64,000 nt of DNA from an uncultured Nitrososphaeraceae archaeon (GTDB taxonomy: Archaea > Thermoproteota > Nitrososphaeria > Nitrososphaerales > Nitrososphaeraceae): the NCBI GenBank assembly GCA_963779615.1, contig CAVZZA010000003.1:512001-576000 (forward strand), in the 5' to 3' direction. Under the pieces are notes generated by a model, which made no database searches, was not told the origin of the DNA, and worked only from the letters and a program-made list of their open reading frames with translations. Numbering within the stretch: position 1 is the stretch's first letter; every line of letters begins with the position of its first letter. Of the stretch, positions 56,891 to 64,000 are shown piece after piece. Position numbers and translations under genes: made by a program.

Positions 56891-57699
56891 ACTGATTATA
56901 TGACAAGATGATGCAAACTGAGTGATTGTATCTAGATTTGAAATATGATCACCATATAAAAATTCAATATAGACTACTCTTCATTTCTTTTGAAAATAAT
57001 TATCATCATCGAAAAAGAGGAAATAAAAAGTGATGGTAATGCAACAAGAATAAAAAGTATCCTTTTTTTTAAATACTGATGGGTATTAATAATATTTCCT
57101 TTCATTTCTGATATATTATCGGTTTTATTTATTCGGTATTATTATATGATATAACTTTATCTAATAATGATTTAAGTTATTTTACCGACAAGATTAAATT
57201 TGATTTCTGTAACTATTAAGATTGACAATATGCAATTACTTAACATATTCCCCTTTTGTAAGATCCACAGATTTAATTTTATTACAGGTAATTTGTCTAA
57301 GGTGAACCAAAACAAACACCCAAGGTACACAAATTTGGATTACAGGTCCAGATGGGAAAAAGTTTCGTGTCAATAGGATCAGGGCAGTATTGCAGCATTT
57401 AGGAATACAACACAACCATGCAATCCATCCGCTTTACTTTCGGTAAATTATGAATTTCCCTTTGCTACTTTGAGTACTGTAGCCAGAACCAGTATTGTTA
57501 CCGAAGTTAAATAGTTCCAATCTATCAGGGAAGGTGTGTCGCTGCCATCATGGTAATGAGGATTTTGCTCTTCATTTGCAGAACTATCGTAAGCTCCTAT
57601 GACAACATGCCCTTCTGCTTCAAATGGTTCATAATCGCTGTCAAAAATTGAGTCCAAATGGATTTGCAGGTCAGTATAAGAATGCATGTCAGCCATGAC

Positions 57700-58033
57700 T
57701 TTTCCAAACCATTTCCAGATTGACATATGGCTTCTTTCCACAAATCGGTTTAACGCCTTTGCAATGCTTCCATAAGGGAAACCAAGGAAGTAAAGATATA
57801 GTGATTAGGCAATATCCTTTGGTTTGGTTCTCTGCCTTCGGTAGATCAATATTGCTTATGGCATAATCACAACTATAGCTTTGCCTTTTTTATTGTGAAT
57901 ATAGTAATTAAAAATATTTGAAGAGAATTCGGGTTAAACTGTCCTTAATTTATTAAAATTGAATTTTTTGGATTTCAAAAACCATTTCATTTAGACAAAT
58001 ATAAAACAGGTAAATGCTTAAGTGAACAGAGCC
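57700..58033 (-). pseudogene. IS6-family transposase remnant with one TIR
   Basis: ERSHMSIWKW resembles KRSHVAIWKW of 16953-17426; agtgaacagagcc at 58021-58033 resembles the IS6 end agttaacagggcc. Confidence 0.65.
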
Positions 58034-58656
58034 CTAGAAAGGGATGTCAACCTTTATATATTAAAAATGATATGATATTCAGAAATTTTCAATAATATTT
58101 GTTAATAGAAAAGGAGAAGACATACATCCAATGTTCCAAGATACAAAATTAATATAATGTAAATCCCGGAATATATTACCAGTGTATTTTACAAAATAGC
58201 ATTATTTTTTATTGTTGTTACGAATTAATAATATGAAGGCTATTCATTAGTTTTTTTATCGATATGACAATTAAACTTATTTTTACCCCCGTAAAATTAG
58301 AAATATTCAGATACTATAAATATTATGGGTAAGTCTTTGGTCCTGTTCAAAAAAGACAATACAGATTCTAATTATATAATTCGATATTATATCATTGTAA
58401 TAATTCGCCATTAATAAAAACTAGTCATCTCCATAACATTCATCGCACTCGCAATCTAAACAGTTATTTGAAGATAAACCAATGTCGATAAAGCGCATCA
58501 TAAATTCGGAACAACCTGTTACACTAAATGAACCCATATCAGTTTAATTAATTCACATTAGAACCCCTTTACTGCAAGGAACTTAATCCCCATGGCTGAG
58601 AACTACATATTCAGTTTCTCGAAACCTAGTCACTAAGGGACAACCTCATATTTTAA

Positions 58657-59601
58657 GAGCCTATCCCAAAACTATCTTTCTGTAGATAATGATACAACAT
58701 GAGAACTGTACCAACCCAAGATAGTTCTCTGCTTTCCTCTCATATCTTGTGTACAGTTTTCTGAATAGGTTATACCATGAGTTTGTTCTCTCCACAACCC
58801 ATCTTCTAGCAGGATGTTTTTTTCGATTTGACATCTTTTGTGTTTCTGTCTTGCCTTCCCCTCTTTTTCTCCTGTACGGTAAATGCGGTATATGTCCTCG
58901 GCTGATGATTTCCTGCTTCACCGTCTTGGAACTGTACGCTTTGTCAAGACACAGATGTTGTAGTTTTCTTTTTCTGGATAATTTACGTTTCGTTGATGAT
59001 GATGATGATGATCGTTTGATAATTGTATTATCCATTACATCTGTTACTAGTTTTGTATCATGAGTGCTTGCGGAGGATATGACAACTGAGAGTGGGATTC
59101 CTTTTGTATCCGTTAAAATATGCCTTTTTGTGCCCAGTTTGCTTCTGTCAGTGGGATTGCTTCCGGTCATTGCCCCCCTAAAGGAGACTTTATGGATATG
59201 CTGTCAAGCGATTGCCATGTCCACTTGATACCTTGTTTGTTATCATATGATTGCAACAACCTAATCCATGCCTTTTTGAAAATGTCTAACCCAACCCACT
59301 CCTGAAATCGCCTATGACATGTTGAACCTGAACCATACTCTGCAGGCAGCATCTTCCACTGGCACCCTGTTCTTAGGATGTATAGAATACCGTCCATCAC
59401 TTTTCTGTAGGGAGCAATTGGACGACCAATCGCATTATCGGGTTTTTCCTTTGGTAAAACTGAAACAATTTCATCCCATAATTCATCTGGAATATTGAGT
59501 ATAGTACAATTATCCTTTTTATCCTTCTCTTTCTGGATACAGGTCACATTTTAGCAGTGATTATAACAAGCTATAATCCTATCGAATTTTGGGATAGGCT
59601 C
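58657..59601 (-). mobile_element. IS5-family (IS427-like) element with a two-ORF transposase (59167-59547 and 58661-59170)
   Basis: TIRs gagcctatcccaaaa and ttttgggataggctc, TAA duplication; motifs LRTGCQWKMLP, DSISIK, LDKAY, RWVVERT. Confidence 0.92.
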
Positions 59602-59764
59602 TAAGCACAAGTAAGTCAAAATGTTTATCTCATTTGAAAGTCATCTTGCCATTCTTTAAGAATTGCTACTACTATACTTTACTCCCTTTCTGATTTTTAT
59701 ATCATACAGGGTATGGATACTTGATGAACAAACTGGGCGTAAACGAAATGGAGAGTCCATCTTA

Positions 59765-60244
59765 ATGCAAAACATACAGAGAATCAGCCCATTTCTGTGG
59801 TTTGACAACCAGGCTGAGGATGCGGCCAATTTTTATGTCTCGATTTTCAAAAATTCCAAAGTCAACAAAATCACGTATTATAATGAAGCAGGACCTGGGC
59901 CGAAAGGCAGCGTAATGACGGTGTCTTTTGAACTTGACGGCCAGGGATTCGTGGCATTAAATGGCGGGACCCGATCTGAATTCACAGAATCAATATCTTT
60001 TATGGTAAACTGTAATACCCAGCAAGAGGTAGATGAGTACTGGGAAAAACTATCTACGGGAGGACAAGAGATACAATGTGGTTGGCTGAAGGATAAATAT
60101 GGAGTGTCATGGCAAGTTACGCCAACTGTACTGATGGAGATGATTGGTGACCCTGATCCCAAAAAATCCGAACGTGTGATGGAGGCAATGTTTCAAATGA
60201 AGAAAATTGACATTGAAAAGATAGAGCAGGCCTATATCCAATAA
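59765..60244 (+). CDS. VOC-family protein (PhnB / 3-demethylubiquinone-9 3-methyltransferase-like)
   Basis: MQNIQRISPFLWFDNQAEDAANFY...ALNGG...CGWLKDKYGVSWQV...MKKIDI. Confidence 0.9.
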   Translation: MQNIQRISPFLWFDNQAEDAANFYVSIFKNSKVNKITYYNEAGPGPKGSVMTVSFELDGQGFVALNGGTRSEFTESISFMVNCNTQQEVDEYWEKLSTGGQEIQCGWLKDKYGVSWQVTPTVLMEMIGDPDPKKSERVMEAMFQMKKIDIEKIEQAYIQ

Positions 60245-60358
60245 GTATATGCATAACAATTTTGCAACATTCATTTCTCCACAAACATTGATTTCATTGA
60301 GGAGGCAATAGGCAAAACAAAATCATTAAAAAACAGGGTATTAATTTAATTTTAGTGT

Positions 60359-60904
60359 ATGTCATCCACATAATCGCTAAGAAAAGATCATGCTTTAATT
60401 GAAAAAATGATAAACGCTTTAAAAACAATTTCATCATTGTTAAACAATGGAAAACAAATACCCGATTCCATTTTTAACCAGCCAATTGATTTTTCCATTA
60501 ACTTTACAAACACCTGTCACCACGGAAAGGAAGAGGAGTTTCTGTTTCCAGCTTTGGAAAGCAAAGGCATGCTTATAGAAGATGGTCCTATAGCAAGGAT
60601 GCTGTACGAGCATCAGATAACCAAAAATCTCGCAGAATCCATCATCAAGTCTACTAAAAATTATGTTGCTCATGGAGACTATAAAGATCTGGTAAAGGAC
60701 ATCGATAAATATGTTCAGCATGTATCTCTCCACCTATCAAAGGAAAACCAAAGGCTTTTTGCCATGGCCGACATAATACTCAAGGATCAGGAAAATCAAG
60801 TTAACAATAACTTGATTGAAGTAGAGCAGGAAAAACCGGATAGAATTGGAAGTTCGCGTGAGCATTATGAAAAATTAATAGACAACATCAATTTACATGA
60901 ATAA
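60359..60904 (+). pseudogene. hemerythrin-domain protein with an in-frame TAA at codon 5
   Basis: MSST*SLRKDHALIE...CHHGKEEEFLFP...MLYEH...HLSKENQRLF. Confidence 0.8.
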
Positions 60905-61211
60905 CAGATTTTTTGTATGTATCTATACCTATTAGCATAAATACATAAACATCAATTTTCTTCCATGTCATTAATTTTTAATAATAGTTGTATATAGTAA
61001 GGTTGATGAAGATTTGAGATTAAAATACATCCTATTTTAGAATAAACAGATTTAACCTGAATATGAGAAACTATCTGTTAAGAAATGCATTTTAGGAAAC
61101 TTATGCTAATTTGTATAAATCATATAGGTATAAACTGACGTCAATTATTAGGAAAATGATTATTAATAATATCTGTAAAAAAGATCTACCTCTTATAATG
61201 TATTTTCTAAA

Positions 61212-61350
61212 TGCTTTATTGCATGATTATTGTAAATTGTTTTTTGTTAGCTTTTTAGTTACTGTCCAAAGAGCAAACAGTCATAGTTTAATATTATTTG
61301 TTGACAAAGTAGCATAATTTTAGATGTATTTCGAATCATGCAACAAAGCA
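61212..61350. mobile_element. 139-bp MITE with IS903-type ends
   Basis: TIRs tgctttattgcatgatt and aatcatgcaacaaagca match the ends of IS 10063-11069; flanks ttttctaaa/atttctaaa (8/9 TSD). Confidence 0.82.
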
Positions 61351-61758
61351 ATTTCTAAAGACTTCTCTTGTCGAAAGTAGTAAGCATTGCGGCCTTATAG
61401 ATGAATGACTCGATTTGTATATCTATTGTTATAAAAAAAATTAATGATTTTTCTTTGGCTGTTTCTATTTTTTTGCTCATGTCATTCATAGTTTTAATCG
61501 ATACATTATCGTGTAATTCGAGCATCAATTTTATTTCGGGAATGGTCTGAGCATCACAATTCCTATGTAAGATTATTGTTTTTAACTTGGTCAATATTTT
61601 CAATTCATTAATTGAAAACTATGGTCAACACCATCAGCTCAAAGAAGGCTAATACAATTCCACACCAGACTACAATAGAATTAATATTTTGGATATAATT
61701 TATAAAGATAAAATAAATCTAACTAGAAAAAAACACTCGTTGGAGAAATATCAAAAAG

Positions 61759-63084
61759 TCAAGTTTTCCAGTTTCCTCTTGGTAAGAGAAGGTCCTTTAT
61801 CGAACCATCTTTGAAGAACACCTTTGCATTTAGATTGAAAAAGCCCCAATTTGTGAAAGAGATTTCAAACTGATTATCTAGCAATGAAGAAGTAACGACA
61901 TTTGGAGTAAATGTGGGATGTAAATAATAATCTACTTTATCAATTGTTGATAACACTGCATCTGTAGTATTTATCCAAATGCGAGTTGAAAACGGGTTTT
62001 GAGGATTATTTATTCTTATGCTAGACTGACCCAAATTTATCTCTGAAGCATTTTCTGCCAATGTTGATTCTTTTGGTTCTCCCAAACTATCTTCGAGGAC
62101 AAGATTTGATTTGTTATGTTCTAAAATGTTACTCAAATAAGAATCTGAATGATAATCCGTAAAGTTTGGAGTAGTAATCGCGGTACTATTTCCATACGAA
62201 AGCATCGATTTGTTGTTCAGAGCAATATTTTCTATACTCGGCTTAAACGAGGTATTGTTATCATCAGAATTTGTCACATTAAACGATGGGGGAACGCTAG
62301 AAGGAGACATATCATTAACATCAAAATCCAAGTTTAATACCTCCTGGCGTCCACCAGGGACAAAGAATAATGTTTCAAATGCACTGTCCTTAGAGTTTAA
62401 ATAAACCAAGAGTTTATGATTTCCCTGGCCGATTCCTTCTAATCTGAAAATACCTTTTGAATTAAGTGTCTGACCCGATGGACTTTTTTGACCATCAATC
62501 AAATAATCAATGTTGGGTATAACCGTTGAATTATTCTTAACAACACCCTTAACGGTAGCAGCAGTGATAGTCGTAAAATGGAATTCATCAGGCTCGGTAT
62601 CCACATTTCCCAAAATTCCACTAGAACGAACATGAAAAGTATGTCCTGCTTCGCTATTGAGATTAGAATAAGATTTTGGGGATACGCATGGTTCATATTC
62701 ATTCCCGTCAATACTGCATTCAAATTTAGGGTCATAATTCGGCTTTACATTAACCGATGCATCTTTTGGACTCAAATAGGAAGTAAAGTAAAATGTAATG
62801 GAATTTGATGCAATTGTATCACCTGAATTAACCTTTTTACTTACATTTTTGTTGAAGCTGTCAAAAGTCATTGCATTGGTAATATTGGTAACAGGATTGC
62901 CGGTAATGGAATTTTTGATTTGTTCACTTAATGGTGAAAAAACGGGAGAAAATACTGTTGCAAGCAATCCGCCAGTTAAGGTTATAGCAATTGTACCTAA
63001 CGAGGCCAAAATTACATTCTTCCTATTTACCATATCTAAATGTCGCGATGACATATTAATAAGGATTTTGTCTCTTATTGCCAA
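61759..63084 (-). CDS. membrane-anchored protein with Ig-like domains and a C-terminal prokaryotic YEATS-like domain
   Basis: N-terminal TM; FECSIDG...CVSP...HTFHVR Ig-like segment; C-terminal IDKVDYYLHPTF...FEISFTNWGFFNLNAKVFFKDG matches the YEATS V-x-Y-x-LHPTF...WG-x-F signature. Confidence 0.8.
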   Translation of the reverse strand: MAIRDKILINMSSRHLDMVNRKNVILASLGTIAITLTGGLLATVFSPVFSPLSEQIKNSITGNPVTNITNAMTFDSFNKNVSKKVNSGDTIASNSITFYFTSYLSPKDASVNVKPNYDPKFECSIDGNEYEPCVSPKSYSNLNSEAGHTFHVRSSGILGNVDTEPDEFHFTTITAATVKGVVKNNSTVIPNIDYLIDGQKSPSGQTLNSKGIFRLEGIGQGNHKLLVYLNSKDSAFETLFFVPGGRQEVLNLDFDVNDMSPSSVPPSFNVTNSDDNNTSFKPSIENIALNNKSMLSYGNSTAITTPNFTDYHSDSYLSNILEHNKSNLVLEDSLGEPKESTLAENASEINLGQSSIRINNPQNPFSTRIWINTTDAVLSTIDKVDYYLHPTFTPNVVTSSLLDNQFEISFTNWGFFNLNAKVFFKDGSIKDLLLPRGNWKT

Positions 63085-63166
63085 TTAATTTAAATTTCTA
63101 TCAATAATATCTATCCAAAACAATCCACCAAGAAAAAGTGAATCACACTAATAGGATTAATACGTA

Positions 63167-64000
63167 GATCTCTTGCATAATTAGCCCAAAATAGCTTTAT
63201 TGGCCTTTATCGCTTATCACTATGCCTTTCTTTTATTATCCTACGACAGGTTATCCACAAAACCATTACTTTTCAAGTCATTCACAGGCCTGACGGTAAA
63301 GGAGTTTGACGATATTTATGATAATGAGATATCAAAAAGATACCGCAGGCATGAGATCAAACGATTATCCAATAGAAAGGATAGGGAACGATCCATAGGC
63401 GCAGGCAGGCATTTCAAGTTGGATGTTAAAAACAGGTTTCTGATGCTTTTGGTGTATTACCGCCTTTACATAACCTACACGTTGGCTGGCTTTTTGTTTG
63501 GCTTGGACCAGAGCAGCATTTGCAGGGATATGCAGAAGATTGAGCCGCTGGTAAGAAAGTGCGTGCCACTTCCACAAAAGATGCACAAAACAACCAAAAG
63601 GCTGCGCACACCAGAAGAGGTTGAAAAGCACTTTCCTGGCTTTATTGCCTTCACCGATTGCACGGAACAGCCGATACCACGACCTGAAAACAGGAGGCGA
63701 GGAAAGACATACTATTCAGGCAAGAAGAAAAGGCATACCGTTAAGACACAGCTCATGGTCAACAACAAGGGTCTCATCATTCACAAAACAGGCCACAAGA
63801 AAGGAAAAAGGCATGACTATGACGTCTATAAAAAAATCACCCGGTAACCCCAAATCAGGTTGTCAGCGTGTTTGACCTTGGATGCCTTGGAGTTGAGAAA
63901 GACTATCCAGAACAAAAATCGTCTCTGCCAAACAAAAAGAAGCGAAACCACGAGTTCTCTCAAGGGGAAAAAGAGTACAACCAAAGCCATGCTAGAGAGA
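63167..64000 (+). mobile_element. ISL2-like element running off the window end (transposase 63200-63847, frameshifted)
   Basis: Left TIR gatctcttgcataatt; DCTEQPIPRP...YYSGKKKRHTVK. Confidence 0.88.

Larger units (their letters stand above)
11311..64000. mobile_element. tRNA-Ala-anchored genomic island: tandem array of att-delimited cassettes (right end not seen)
   Basis: Six direct copies of the tRNA 3' end plus TCGA (the tRNA itself and five more), accessory cargo, dense IS elements and pseudogenes. Confidence 0.8.

Noticed and set aside
11329-64000. Provirus or classical attC integron
   Set aside because: No capsid, large terminase, portal or integron-integrase genes recognised, and the repeats are tRNA-derived direct repeats rather than palindromic attC sites.

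Overview
This AT-rich archaeal window most resembles an ammonia-oxidising archaeon (Nitrososphaera/Nitrosocosmicus-like); that is an inference from gene content and IS types. Bases 1-6.7 kb look like ordinary chromosome: a SAM methyltransferase, a DCC1-like CxxC protein, a flavoprotein disulfide reductase and PhoD. A multi-Ig surface protein and an IS903-type element follow, then an intact tRNA-Ala(CGC) at 11250-11324. Everything downstream is a genomic island. Its main feature is that the tRNA 3' end plus four element-derived bases, (CCC)GCTCAGTCCATCGA, recurs in direct orientation at 16528, 21139, 38498, 45172 and 48859. The tRNA and four of these five copies are followed by a conserved non-coding arm with GTTRAC boxes at fixed spacing, in two sequence families. 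The repeats divide the island into a tandem array of 3.7-17 kb cargo cassettes, and I can see no integrase in any of them. Cargo includes PsbP-like, TPR, NHL and PKD proteins, a papain-like protease, a GMC oxidoreductase pair, a DyP peroxidase operon, repeat-rich surface proteins and a pYEATS-like protein. This looks like an integron-like, tRNA-anchored gene-capture array. The island also holds many IS elements (IS5/IS903, ISL2-like, IS427-like, IS6, another DDE type), a MITE and many frameshifted genes, some probably sequencing errors. All coordinates were read by eye and may be off by a few bases.
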